DNA of 64,000 nt. Origin: Octopus sinensis. Taxonomy: Eukaryota. Shown here in pieces: positions 50,891 through 64,000 of this stretch. The translations under genes and the position numbers were made by a program. Under the pieces are notes generated by a model. It did no database searches. It saw only the letters and a list, made by a program, of their open reading frames with translations, and was not told where the DNA came from. The DNA lies in the NCBI RefSeq assembly GCF_006345805.1, contig NC_042999.1:35650001-35714000 (forward strand), read 5' to 3'. Each line of letters begins with the position of its first letter. Position 1 is the first letter of the stretch.

Positions 50891-51660
50891 TTACAATATC
50901 ATCTTCAAAATTTTTTGATAAAGTATTGGTATTCTAATGATCGTGAGTTCGATTCGCAGACCAGAGATGGCGCATTGTTGTGAGTTCGAGCGAGACGTAG
51001 TCTGGTACTCTCTGTAACTCTGTACTTTGTCTCGTAATCTGTCAATTAGTCAATGGTTGATAATTTTCACCTAGTCAGAAAGCAGGACTTGGAAGCTGTC
51101 GTTTTGTACGTGACTGCACATTTTGGCAAAATCCTGAAATTAGCTTCTGTTGTCAATATTCCGAAAAAGGTACGTGTTTTTATATGAAACTGTAAACAAA
51201 TTAGTTAAAAACTCTTTATTTATTGATTTATGGTGAAAATGATCTTCATGGCATTGATTAGCGAATAAAAGTACATCATTACACTGAATATGAAATCAAT
51301 TCGAAGAGAAATTGAAGAGATTGAAACTTGGTAGCCAAACAGAAAAGATCCACCAAGTGCACTAAATATACGTTCACCAAATCCACATTTCTTCTCGATC
51401 GATGTCTAAAGATCAAGGTCGTCAATACAACGCACCGGCTGGTTGGCTCGCCGTTTCACAAAATCCAGGTATTTTTTAGCGTATTCACACACACACGCTC
51501 GCACGCAAGCACGCACGCGCACATCTATATGAACGCACGCGTGTGTGATTGTGTCTATGCGTAACAGTGTTTACATCAACGTGGGTGTGAACGGTTACCC
51601 TCTAACTAATTTTGCAAATCGTTTTAAGAACATTATCAGTATCTCGCCGATATACCTTGC

Positions 51661-51784
<124 letters not shown>

Positions 51785-51785
51785 G

Positions 51786-51986
51786 TTAATCCAAACATGA
51801 AAACACAACAACGCGAGGACGTGGAACAAATATAGTATTATTGGACGCTCAGGAAGGAAGGGAAGAAGGAATGTTTAACGTTTCGAGCGGAGCTCTTCGT
51901 CAAAAACATAGAGAAAGGCAAGATCCAGAGAAGGGAAGACGGAGGAAAAAAAATCGCCAACGGTACACACGCGGTCACATTCTGAC
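51786..51986 (-). mobile_element. Solo PLE terminal-repeat-like fragment between microsatellites
   Basis: About 200-bp island carrying the hammerhead motif, flanked by (TA)n and (TATG)n. Confidence 0.55.
51871..51909 (-). ncRNA. Minimal type I hammerhead motif (C3U), PLE-terminal-repeat type
   Basis: ATGTTT-TTGACGA-A-GAGC tcc GCTC-GAAAC-GTT-AAACAT; 6-bp stem I; palindromic stem III. Confidence 0.75.
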
Positions 51987-51993
51987 ATGTATG

Positions 51994-52027
<34 letters not shown>

Positions 52028-52051
52028 TGTTTGTGTATATATGTATGTGTG

Positions 52052-52131
<80 letters not shown>

Positions 52132-52137
52132 ATATAT

Positions 52138-52194
<57 letters not shown>

Positions 52195-52210
52195 CATACA
52201 CACACATATA

Positions 52211-53466
52211 CAGAGGTTGGACAAAATAATGGAAGCACCTTAAAATTTCAAACAAATTTATTCTAATTTGGGGTAGGACAGCATTTGGCAGTAATTAAAG
52301 CTTGAATTCTACGAGGTATGGACTCGTACAAAGTCAGAATTGTTCCCAAAGGAATTTTGTCCATTCTTCAGCTAAAACAGTCTCCATTTTGTGTAGTAAT
52401 GATGGTGGAGGATATCGACTCGTTACTTGTTTTTCTAAAATGCACCATAAATGTTCAATAATATTGAGATCTGGGGCCAGATAAGATGTTCAACTTCCTC
52501 ATGTCATTCAGTAACAACTTTAGCTGTGTGAATCGGAGCATTATCATACTGAAAGATTGTGTTTCCCTCCGGAAAAAGTTCCGCAGCCATAGGATGAATT
52601 TGATCAGATAAAATGCTTAAATAGTCTTGACTATTAATTCTGCCATGAAGGGAAACCATGGGCCGGCGGATTTCCAAGATATAGCACACCCCCTCCAGAT
52701 CATCATAGATCCTCCTCTATGTTTAACAGTTGGAAGAAAGCAGTCTGATTCAAATGCTTCTTTTGGCTGTCTCCACACGTATACTCGGCCAGTGGTCGGA
52801 AATAAGGTAAAGAATGACTCGTCCAACAAAATAACATTCTTCCACTGCTCTAGGGACTAATTCTGTAGGTTTTTACTCCACTCTAAACGTTTTACAACGT
52901 TTGTTTTTGAAACTAGTGGTTTTCTTATTGCAGCCCTCCCGTGAAATCCGGCTTTGTGCAACACCCGGCGAACAGTTTTTGTGGAAACTGGGTTCTCGAG
53001 GTGATCATTAAGCTCTGCAGTAATTTTGCGAGCTGTACTTTTGTAATCCTTTCTAACAATTCGCGTAGGAGTCCGACGGTCCCTATCTGAAAGTTTTGGT
53101 TTTCTTCCGGAGTTTTGTTTCGATGAGGAAGTTTTTCCCTCTTTCTCGAAGGCTGAGATTACTTTCGAGACAGTACTTCTTGATACACCAAACATTTCGG
53201 CTGTTTTTCGTTACGCTAGCGCCTGCCACACGATCACCAACAATTTGACCTCTTTGAAAGACCAATAGATCTGTCATTTTAAGGAATTTTAATTACCATT
53301 TTCTGATGATATCTGAAAAGAAACAGCAATTTTAGCAAAACATATTAAGCAACACTAATAATAAATCAAAAAGCATAAAAATAAACAAGCTTTTGACGGT
53401 TGTATAGATATTTCAAAATTATGATGCTATGATGCTAGGTGTTTCCATTATTTTGTCCAACCCTTG
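52211..53466 (-). mobile_element. Near full-length Tc1-family transposon, transposase pseudogene about 53277-52290
   Basis: TA|CAGAGGTTGGACAAAATAATGGAAGCACCT TIR with its partner ending at 53466|TA. HTH region QRGQIVG...SGRKPKL; catalytic region LDESFF and FQYDNAPIH; stops and frameshifts. Confidence 0.92.
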
Positions 53467-53829
53467 TAAATAGATACATGCAAAAATATATACACAGATG
53501 ATACATACATGAGGAAAGATAGTCATATATACATACAAACACATATATATAATCATAAGACATTCATATACACACATGTCGATAACCCTGTAATTTTTGC
53601 CATGTGTTATTCTCTGTTCCTTATATCTGTGCGTGGGAGATTTTGTTGGTATTTTTAGCAACTTGGTTGATAAAGACACCCTCATTTGCCGCTTTATGTG
53701 TATGTGTATGTATGTGTGTATGTATGTGTGCGTGTGCGAGTGTGCGCGTGCGTGCATGCGTGTGTGTGTGTGCATGTGAATGTGTGTCTGTGTGTGTGTG
53801 TGTGTGTGTATAAATTCAGATATGCAAGG

Positions 53830-54130
53830 AATGGCATCGAATACTTTAATATCATTTGCTTGCGCTTGAGATCAAGGCGCTTCCACATTCCCGAGGCTGC
53901 AGCCCATATTGGCACTCAATATCTTGCTCTGGTTCGTCTCCGGATCATGTCAGTCGGATCGAGAGGGTCTGTGAGATACTGTGCAAGCCTTATTGGACCT
54001 ACAGTTTTAGTTAGTGTAATCGCCGGCGAGTGGGCTTTCCGATGGCCGGTCATATAAAAGGGCACTACGGCGAGCATGGAAGCCGCGGGCGCGAAATCGG
54101 GTGAAGCTGACTGCGAATGCAATAGCATCA
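53830..54130 (+). mobile_element. Possible degraded non-LTR RT C-terminal fragment
   Basis: Weak motifs (KAL...EAAAHI...RIERV...NRRRV) spread across frames. Confidence 0.3.
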
Positions 54131-54214
54131 TGCACGAGCATTATTGGCTTTTTCTTGGGCAATGATCAGTTATGGTCTTCCTTGTCACCAGTGGACAGCT
54201 ATCATCATCACGCA

Positions 54215-54890
54215 TGTATGTATGTATGTATGTATGTATGTATGTATGTATGTATGTATGTATGTATGTATGTATATGTATGTATGTATGTGTATGTATG
54301 TATGTATGTATGTGTGTGTGTATGTATGTATGTATGTATGTATGTATGTATGTATGTATGTGTGTATGTATGTATGTATGTATGTATGTGTGTGTGTATG
54401 TACGTATGTATGTATGTATGTGTGTGTATGTATGTATGTATGTATGTATGTATGTATGTGTGTGTATGTATGTATGTATGTATGTATGTGTGTATGTATG
54501 TATGTATGTATGTATGTATGTATGTATGTATGTATGTGTGTATGTGTGTATGTATGTATGTATGTATGTATGTATGTATGTATGTCTGTGTGTATGTATG
54601 TATGTATGTGTGTGTATGTATGTATGTATGTATGCATGCATGTATGTATGTATGTATGTATGTATGTGTGTGTGTGTATGTATGTATGTATGTATGTGCG
54701 TGTGTGTATGTATGTATGTATATATGTATGTATGTGTGTGTGCGTGTATGTATGTAAGTATGTATGTGTGTGTATGTATGTATGTATGTATCTGTGTGTA
54801 TGTATGTATGTATGTATGTATGTGTGTGTGTGTATGTATGTATGTATGTATGTGTGTATGTATGTATGTATGTATGTGCGTATGTATCTA
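54215..54890. repeat. (TATG)n/(TG)n microsatellite
   Basis: Seen directly. Confidence 0.95.
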
Positions 54891-55281
54891 TATTTAGTCA
54901 AAAACACGTACGTGCACGCGCAATTGTATATACTGTTCTTGGACTTCGCAAAGATTTTCAACAAAATCGGTCAGTACAGTCGACCCCAGTACTTGACTGG
55001 TACTTATTTTATCGACCCCGCAAGGATGAAAGGTAAAGCGGCGGAATTTGAACTCAGCTCGCCGCCTTATTTTTATCTCTAATAACAAACTCTCAGAAAT
55101 AAAGCTCATGTCACTTAACGTTGTATTAAGTATAGATATGTCCTATACTTTGCATGTTTATACTTATGCCAGGGTACAAATTCAATTGAGAGGATATTCT
55201 TTGATAAACATCGCCACATGTCAATCTTACAACCCCTCATTTCTTATCTTATCGGAAATTAAAGTTCTAAAATGAATTGTA

Positions 55282-55847
55282 TTAGGTTCTCCAGAAAGTT
55301 CGTGCCGATTTATAGTAGCTTACCTTTCGACTTATTTTAGAACATGGTTGAGTCCATAAAATAGGATTTGACTACATCTCCATTTAGGGCACAGTTTAAG
55401 CTATCTTTTCGTGGAAGAAGGTTTATGTTCCTATAACCTGTGTTAATTTTCTAACCCTTTAAAACGGAAGATAAGAAAATTCATTTCCAGCTGTTGATGT
55501 TTTGGGAACCAGACAAAAATTGCTGCATCTCGGCTGGGATGTGTTACCCCACCCTCCATATTCACCAGATATTCCTCCTTCGGATTTCCACTTATTCAGG
55601 TCTCTGCAGAATAGTCTTAATGGTAAAAATTTCAATTCCTTGGATGACTTAAAAAGATACCTTGATGAATTCTTTGCCATGAAACCACCTCAATTCTGGG
55701 AAAAGGGTATTTTCAAGTTAAAGGAAATATGGAGACGCATTGGGAAACAAAATGGTTCATATTTGGTTCATTAAAAATGTAATGGCAAGTATTTATTGAC
55801 CTTTTTCTTTCCTTTAAAAATCGGCACGAACTTTCCGGACAACCCAA
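55282..55847 (+). mobile_element. Internally deleted mariner element
   Basis: TA-flanked TIRs (TTAGGTTCTCCAGAAAGTTCGTGCCGATTT and partner); C-terminal transposase LPHPPYSPDIPPSDFHLFRSLQN. Confidence 0.9.
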
Positions 55848-56879
55848 TAATAACATTTTAAAAACATTTGCACACGGCAAAAGAATGCATTGTTATGCAG
55901 TAAGTTTCATATTATTAAAAACTAGCGGGTAAACCTATTGGGTTATTTCAGAAAACTTTATCTATAAAACCCCAAAAAACTGAAAGCGTGGCCTGTGCTG
56001 TGTCTGTATGGAAAGATAGTCGCTCATCTGCTACTCATTGAAAAGTGAAGGAATTTGGAATACGATGATTCTTAATGCATCTTATATACACTTTATATAC
56101 TTTATTTACAATTTTATAGACTTAATATGCAGTATTCATAAAATAAATATTCACTCTTTTTTTCCCCATTTTCCCACAAACAAAACAAAAATATCTCGTA
56201 CATATGATACAACCTTTAGTTAAATTGCATATATCTGTCACGTAAATTAGCGTGAATGTTTCACGGAATTGCACTTATACGCATGCGTTAAGTGATAAGT
56301 GATATAAAAAAACTTAATTCAGAAAAACAAAAAAGAAAACACTTTCACTATCCAGTCAACACCACCACCTCCACCTCCACCACTACCTTTCATATTGATA
56401 TCCTTTGTCCTGAGTAAGACATTAAACTACATTCAGCGATGTGACTCCAGCTCGAGATTTCAGGAGTTTTGGGTATGTGAAGTTGCTTTTTAGTCACCAC
56501 TACTCCCAGTTCCATTGTTGCCCGAGATAGCAGTACTTGTAAAGGGCTCAATTATAGGTCAACAAGTAGATGTCCTTGCAGCTGAGCCATGCAAGACTTG
56601 TATGAAGGTTGGACCCGAAGCGTATATGACACAGGTCCATCAGGGTGTTGGCATGTCCTGATGTTACGTGAATGAGTCGTCTAGCTTAAAAGTTAAATAG
56701 GTCTTGTACCTCAAGAGTAACATCGAGAGAACAGGCGGTTAGCAGGATAAATTGCAAAATAAACCGGCAGAGAGCAACGGAACCACTGTTGTGTCTTTTC
56801 CTAAAACTTTATGAATCTTCAGATTTAGCATAGGGGTCCATAATACATAAACGCCCAAGCTTGTAGGCATGGAATACGA

Positions 56880-56970
56880 AGAGGGAGGGAGAGAGAGAGA
56901 GAGAGAGGGAGAGAGAGAGAGGGAGAGAGAGAGAGGAGAGAGAGTGGGAGAGAGAGGGAGAGAGAGGGAG

Positions 56971-57045
<75 letters not shown>

Positions 57046-57068
57046 GTGAAAGAGAGAAAGAGAGAGAG
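56880..57068. repeat. (GA)n plus (GATA)n microsatellite
   Basis: Seen directly. Confidence 0.95.
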
Positions 57069-58237
57069 GTTTATCAACAATGCAATCGCTCGAAAATGCC
57101 AATGATAAACGATATATTTCGTTTTTAAGGAGTACTGGAAGAATATCACACGTAAAAAAAGGTATTCTAAGCAATGCAGCAGGACAGAAAGAGGCTCCAG
57201 CATGGGCAAACTGCAGCTAGCGGGTCTTTCTAAATGGCATGCCTAAACGAAAAATTACCTTGAATTTCTTATTTATGCAGCTCACCTGATGATGATCCAT
57301 TTCTTATGCAGCCCGCTTCTCGAGAAAGGTTGCCCATGCTGCCTACCTTGGTGCTTGATCTTCATGAAATAGCAGTGAAATCTGTCTCAAATGACGGCTG
57401 GTGATCAAAGCATTTGGTTATGGGTGTGCTCAATCAGAGCTGACCAGGGGCTAAACAACAACGACAAATAATTCCGTGAAACTGAAACTGTTCTCTTTGG
57501 TGGAAGAGAGTTATTTTATATGGAAGTCCCATAATCTTAATCAAATTAAGTACATAAGAAAGCATTCATAAATATAGAAATGTTTAAAGACATTTTGAAG
57601 ACGAGTAAGTTAATTCTATCGAGTTGTTGACTGAATTGTAAAGAAGCCATTTTGTTTATTTATAAATTGTGTTTGTATTTCATTGAAAACCCCAACAAAA
57701 GAGAACAAAAGCCCAAACAAACTTTAAGCAATAAAAGCCTCTCTCTCTCTTTCACACACACATATATAGCTACACCACCGGATCCTTCAAATTTTAAAGA
57801 GCACAATACAAGTTCTAAATAAATCAAGAGCACATGACAATTTCTAAATAAATTAAAATCACACATGACAATTTTTGAATAAAGGGTCGAAACAGGTGTC
57901 AAATACAGTAGATACCGGCAGGCAATCCTGCAAATCTTCAATGAAATTTGATGACAAATCGGAAATTTTGTCAGAAAACAAGATAAAGGATATGATAACC
58001 TCTTTATCTGACTTGAGAGAAAGGCAAGTTTTGGACTATAAAAACGCCACATACTCCATATCAGTGCATTTCTGAACGCATTGTGCGTTTCTAAACTTAT
58101 AAATTATTTATTCTGTTGTTTATAACCGATGCCACACAATGTTACCATTGATATTTTTACTCTCTACTGTTTTGCTCGTGGCCCCTGTTCAGGTAAGAGA
58201 AACTTTTTAGTATTTATCTTTATAAACATGCGCACTC

Positions 58238-58625
58238 AAGTGCAAGCGTGGCTGTGTGGTAAGAAGCTTACTTTCCAATCACATGGTTCCGAGTTCAGTC
58301 CCACTGCGTGGCACCTTGGGCAAGTATCTCCTTCTATAGCTTCGGGCTGACCAAAACCTAGTGAGTGGATTTGATGGATGGAGAGTGAAAGAAGCCCTTC
58401 GTATATATTTATGTATGTATTTATGCGTGTATGTCTTTGACACCCCACCATCGCTTGACAACCGATGTTGGTGTGTTTATGTCCCCGTAACTTAGCGGTT
58501 CAGTAAAATAGACCAATAGAATAAATACTAGTCTTGATGTCGATTTGTTCGACTAAACCCTTCAAGGCGGTGCTCCGACATGGCCGCAGTCAAATGGCTG
58601 AAACAAGTAAAGGAATAAAAGAATA
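58238..58625 (+). mobile_element. SINE family A, diverged
   Basis: Consensus match. Confidence 0.75.
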
Positions 58626-59006
58626 CATATATACAAACAAACATACATATAGTTTATGATGTGCTTTTCTACGACACTTTACCATTTGTATCAGAGTTCC
58701 ATATTTACGGCACACTAGACTTATAATCCGATACTGCTCACTTAACCAAATATGATGTTGCATATATTTACAGTTAGGCAATAACGAAAGGTAAAGTTCT
58801 CATTGCGTGTGCACCTCAATGACCTCTTAGAGTTGAACCAGCAGAGTGCAAGCTCATGTTTGGACCTCCCGAGCAGGGCAGGTCGAAAGATAGAGGCCAG
58901 ATTAATATGAACCACCTCTTCTCAGAGGTAAAAAATGGCTTGCGTAGGGCTAACATCCTCAACTGGAAGAAAAAGCAAAGTTGTAAATGTGTTTTTTTTT
59001 TAATGT

Positions 59007-59390
59007 GTGGAAGCACTCCGTCGGTTACGACGATGAGGGTTCCGGTTGATCCGAATCAACGGAACAGCCTGCTCGTGAAATTAACGTGTAAGTGGCTGAG
59101 CACTCCACAGACACGTGTACCCTCAACGTAGTTCTCGGGGATATTCAGCGTGACACAGAGAGTGACAAGGCCGGCCCTTTGAAATACAGGTACAACAGAA
59201 ACAGGAAGTAAGAGTGAGAGAAAGTTGTGGTGAAAGAGTACAGCAGGGATCACCACCATCCCCTGCCGGAGCCTCGTGGAGCTTTAGGTGTTTTCGCTCA
59301 ATAAACACTCACAACGCCCGGTCTGGGAATCGAAACCGCGATCCTATGACCGCGAGTCCGCTGCCCTAACCACTGGGCCATTGCGCCCAC
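59007..59390 (-). mobile_element. SINE family D
   Basis: Near-identical reverse complement of 43657-44039; TTTTTTTAATGT-like flanks. Confidence 0.9.
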
Positions 59391-59575
59391 ACTTTTTTTA
59401 ATGTACGGTGAGATATAAAGCATAAACACAGTTAGACGTTAGCGGAAGGATCACCCCACACATTTAAGTATAAAATTTACTTTTACAAAAAAATGGTCGA
59501 CAGTGATTGCGAAGGCTAAAAATTTCACAGGATGATGCAGAGTCACTACTAAGCCTTTTTCTTGAAGCACACACA

Positions 59576-59608
<33 letters not shown>

Positions 59609-59836
59609 CGCGCGCGCATGCACGCACGCACGCACGCAATATAATGAATGCCCATATTATAATGAACTGCTGAAAAATGTTCTCCGGACGGTTTTTCTGA
59701 TCGTACTTATAAACCTGCTATCTCTTCTTCCATTCATAGCCAAAACCAATTCACAACTTGAATGAACCTCATCTTAAAGCGGCCAAACGTATCGGATTCC
59801 TCGAAGGTAAGCACTCTGAAACATATTGCACAGGCA

Positions 59837-61956
59837 TTGCTCTAGGACAGTTGCGTACTGGACATTTGTGCACCGTACAGCTACGTACCAGGCAATTGCG
59901 TCCCTGGACATTTGCGTCCCTAGACAAATGCGTCTCTGGACAGTTGTGTTCTTGTATTATTTTGAAATTTTACTTATCATATTTTCAGGTATATTTTTTG
60001 TTTATTAGGAACAGTTGATTATCAAAGCTAATTGTAAATAAACACATTTAATAACTCTAAACAAAAGAGTAGGTAATAATAAATGTTTAAAAAAGGATAA
60101 AAAAGAAATAAAACAGTTTAAAATTTACAAGTTTATTTTGGTTTAAAAAACGAAAGCTGATTAACAATACAAAAAAATATTTCAAGATTTAAAAAATCAT
60201 TGTAGTTTCCCAAATAAATCAAAAGGTGTGAATGTTGTGAGCTATTCTTTTCAAAAAATTTATCTTGTTTTCAGGAGTGTACTTATCTAATAACACCACG
60301 GTTCTCTTAGTTGCAGTTTTATTTTTTTGCTGCACTAGAATTCCTCTTTGAAAGTCCCATTTTTTCTTTAAGGCGCTTCCTCCTTTTTCAGTGCTTCAAT
60401 CAATTTCCAAATAGAAGGGTGTTGACACAATAAAGAATATTGCAAAGCGTTGTGTAATCCCTCTAAGATGTTATTAGATCTAGGAAACTGATTTATAACC
60501 CTTTCTCGAACATTCCAATACTCGATAGAAAGAATAGGTTCCATCCTTATCCCTCTCCGGCCTCTTGCTTGACCAATGTATGTCATTTCAAAATAGGCAA
60601 ATCACAGTTATCAGACAAGTCAATAAAACCGTCGACAACGTCAATTAAAGGAAGAAATGATAATGCGGAAAAACATCTAATTTCCCAATTGAATACTTCA
60701 TCTTCTCTATACTGTTGTCTTAACCCTAGGCCACAGATTTTCTTAAAAATAGACGCAGACAAATGAAAGAGACATGAACTTATTGTTACTTCTGGAAACT
60801 TTTCTGCAAAACCTTTCTGAGCTCCTATTTCAAAGTCTGTCAACAAAGATTTTGGATTAAGTTGCGGTTTGAGCTGCAACAAATATGTGAATAGACAAAC
60901 ATATGTTTCCTTTGTCTTACCTGGAAGAAGGGAAAAATCTCTGGGAATGTTAAATGTATCTTCTTGGATATGGATACAATATAGCTGATAATATACTGAC
61001 TTTAAAGGTACCATCTGCTGCCCAGTTGGGAAAATTTATCAAATCTTCTAAGTCATCTTCCGTCGCAAATATTACAATTCTATCCTTGTCATCGGTGCCA
61101 GAATCAAATGCAAGGAACTTCTCTCCAGTTGCAAGAAAACAGTAGGACTCCGGTATCTCAAAATTATTCCTTTGCTGTGGCATTGGTGGCGCGTTGTGTG
61201 ATTTTTGTCTCCATCGACGTACGTTTTTTACCCATTGATGATAATGAGGGCATGTGGGTAATTGAAAACTGATCTTCATTAGCGATCGTAGCTCCAGTAA
61301 GACTTCTTGCTGTTTCGCATACAGAAACTGAAGTAGTTTTTAACTCGGATATAACTTCTTGTGCTCTAACTTTAGCAGCTGAGGATCCATGGTTATGGTC
61401 ATTACATTGTGTCGTGATTGAGGCATTCACTATATGTATTCTTGCTTTGCAAGATCGCTCTACACATCTCCAGTAGGTTTCTGTTTCATTAGCGTTTTTC
61501 TAATGATAGTGGTAGTTGTAATTTTCCTCGTCAACAAATATCTTTCCACCTGTGCTAGATTTTCTAAACCTATCCATGGGTTTCAAATAAAACTTTGAAT
61601 TATAAAATCCAGAATGTATTAGACGTTTACATCTCGCACTGCTCGATTTAACTAAAACTGCTAGCTTAAATTTCTTTTGCTTTAAACAAGAATATACCTT
61701 TTGTGTTGGTGTACAATTATGGTAACGAACTATAACGAACTATAACGAGCAACTGTTGGAAAGTAAACCCCTGAAAAAATAAGTGTATTAAAAAAAGTAA
61801 ACATGTAAAACATTTTTTTAATGACAATAAATTACCAGTAACACATTTATTTGTCCAAGGATGCATTTGTCCAGGGACGCAAATGTCCAGGGATGCAATT
61901 GTCTGGTACGCAGTTGTCCGGGACGCAAATGTCTAGTACGCAGCTGTCCGTCCACC
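59837..61956 (-). mobile_element. FLYWCH-MULE (Mutator-like) transposon, transposase pseudogene about 61577-60368
   Basis: YWRCVERSCKARIH...HNH (FLYWCH); ADGTFK, TDFE, CLFH and RSNNILEGLHN motifs; about 100-bp TIRs built of GGACA..TGCGT repeats; 8-bp flanking repeat CACAGGCA. Confidence 0.9.
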
Positions 61957-62109
61957 CACAGGCAAACACATGAGCCAACACAGACAAAATGTGAACATGT
62001 AAACGATATAGTTACAATGAATTATATTACTAAATATTAGTTTCGAATCTTAGCTGAAGGCCAATAAGTTCGGTGGGGTGGAGTGGGGTGGGGTAAGTTG
62101 ATTAATATT

Positions 62110-62500
62110 AACTCCAGTGTTCAACTGATACTCATTTTATTGATTCCGGAAGGATGAAAGACAAAAGCCGACCTCGGCGGAATTTGAACTCAGAATGTGA
62201 AGACGGACGAAATACCTATTTCTTTATTACCCACAAGGGGCTAAACACAGAAGGGACAAACAAGGACAGACATAGGTATTAAGTCGATTACATCGACCCC
62301 CAGTGCATAACTGGTACTTAATTTATCGACCCCGAAAGGATGAAAGGCAAAGTCGACCTCGGCGGAATTTGAACTCACAACGTAATGCAGACGAAATACC
62401 GCTAAGCATTTCGCCCGGCGTGCTAACGTTTCTGCCAGCTCGACGAAATACCGCCAAGCATTTTGTCCAGCATGCTAACGGTTCTGCCAGCTCGCCGCCT
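62110..62500 (-). mobile_element. SINE family C, tandem body
   Basis: Same core; other copies at 4225-4690 and 54968-55068. Confidence 0.8.
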
Positions 62501-62924
62501 TGTATGGCACTATATGCTGAGGCAGCTATATTGGCTTTGGCAAATACAGTCAAATTAGAGAAATAAAGATGCAATAGATGAATGTAAGTTATTTGAAGAG
62601 CGTGCTAATATACCTCCTTCTCTCCCTCTTGTTATACCGACAATCAGACTTTCTAATATTTACATAGGTGATAGCAGTAACTCGATTTCGGGCAATGCTA
62701 TCGCTTGACTGTTCTCTTAAACATGAGCGGCACAGATATGGCTTTATAGTCCTGCCAGGGATCTACGCTCTTTGACACAGATGTAGTAATAATAGTCACC
62801 GCTAACAGCAGGTGTTCAGAGACTTACCACTCTCGCCGACACATGACTTCATTCCATCATCGAATTTTTCAGTGTTTTACCTTTTTCGGTTATGACCAGC
62901 CATAGTATGCAACGCATTTTATTT

Positions 62925-63260
62925 TTAAAGTCCCCTTTCAGTCATGAATGACCATGGGATTGCACCTAGAAAGTTCCCTTCCGAGGCACAGGTCCGAGCA
63001 AAGTTGTTTATGGAAGACCAGCAGTCGCCCATGCATACCAGCCTTCCCTCTCCACGTCACCAATTGTTATCCAAGGGAAAGGCAAAGGCTGATACAGTTT
63101 AGCACCAGAGACATCGCAACTCATTTCTACAGCTGAGTGAACTGGAGCAACGTGAAATAAAGTGCCTTGCTCAAGAACACAAAACACAGTCCAGTCCGGG
63201 ATCGAACTCACTACCTCATGATTGTAAGCCAGACGCTCTAACCACTGAGCCATGCGCAAC
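62925..63260 (-). mobile_element. tRNA plus CORE-like SINE, 3' type 3
   Basis: Shared head and CORE-like block; distinct tail. Confidence 0.7.
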
Positions 63261-63664
63261 ACATAGAGATATTAAAAATCAAGCGAGGCTCGTGCCCGAA
63301 GCTCTATAAATGGAGGTCTTACACAGAGCCAATCCCGCTCTCTAAACAACGTAAGCATTTGCCTGAAAAGAAGAACTAATCACTACATCACTGGATGTAA
63401 ATGAAGCCACGAGTGTAACACCAGTTTTCTTTCACTTAGGTTGTTTCTCATCCTCGGCCTTTGGATGGCCATTGACTCTACAGAGTTCGTATGCCCCGTG
63501 ACAGACTTTGTTTTGCGTCCTGCTGCGCCTCCAATGTAAACTACCCTCCTTACCAAGCAAACTTGGTAGGGTTGCCAATTCAGTAGCCGATGGCCCAACC
63601 ATGCAAAAGGTTGTCCCGAGTTACAATATTACCAGTAGCATTAAGAGCGACCTGACAAATTTAT

Positions 63665-64000
63665 TTACATGCATACATACATGCATACATATATACATGC
63701 ATGCATACATACATGAATGCATACATGCATACATACATGAATGCATACATGAATGCATACATACATGAATGCATACATGCGTGCATGCATACATACACGA
63801 ATGCATACATACATGAATGCATACATACATACATACATGCATACATGCATACAAACATGAATGCATACATACATGCATACATACACGAATGCATACATAC
63901 ATGAATGCATACATGCATACATACATGCATGCATACATACATGAATGCATACATACATGCATACATGCATACATACATGAATGCATACATACATGAATGC
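63665..64000. repeat. ATGC/ATAC-based minisatellite (ATGAATGCATAC-like units)
   Basis: Seen directly; runs off the window end. Confidence 0.9.

Noticed and set aside
57198-57341. Short element with CAGCATGGGCAA inverted ends (hAT-like); similar remnants near 44570 and 47655
   Set aside because: No TSD recoverable and too decayed to classify confidently.
57875-58075. 66-aa ORF with natural-looking composition
   Set aside because: No recognisable motif or splice context.

Overview
AT-rich, repeat-dense animal genomic DNA, most likely an octopus; this is inferred from the SINE families, the large TA/TATG microsatellites and a mollusc-like COX1 NUMT, not from a database search. It has two spliced protein-coding genes on the + strand. 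One is the last five exons of UBXN4/erasin (2494-12701; the 5' exons lie upstream of the window). The other is a complete six-exon PSMB6 (proteasome beta1, 24531-33963, 234 aa). The rest is transposon-derived: several tRNA-derived SINE families, RTE- and CR1-type LINE fragments, a Penelope-like element with inverted terminal segments, Tc1, mariner, FLYWCH-MULE, piggyBac-type MITEs and Helitron-like elements. Highlights: (1) four hammerhead-ribozyme motifs from three unrelated sequence families at 35.4-51.9 kb, one with an intact core enclosed by a 75-bp inverted repeat (retrozyme-like); (2) an apparent CR1-mediated 3' transduction that copied part of a UBXN4 exon antisense into PSMB6 intron 1, with a new (ATT)n tail and a chimeric LINE part; (3) a COX1 NUMT split by a piggyBac-type MITE; (4) an unexplained 43-bp-stem hairpin. 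All alignments, counts and folds were done by eye.
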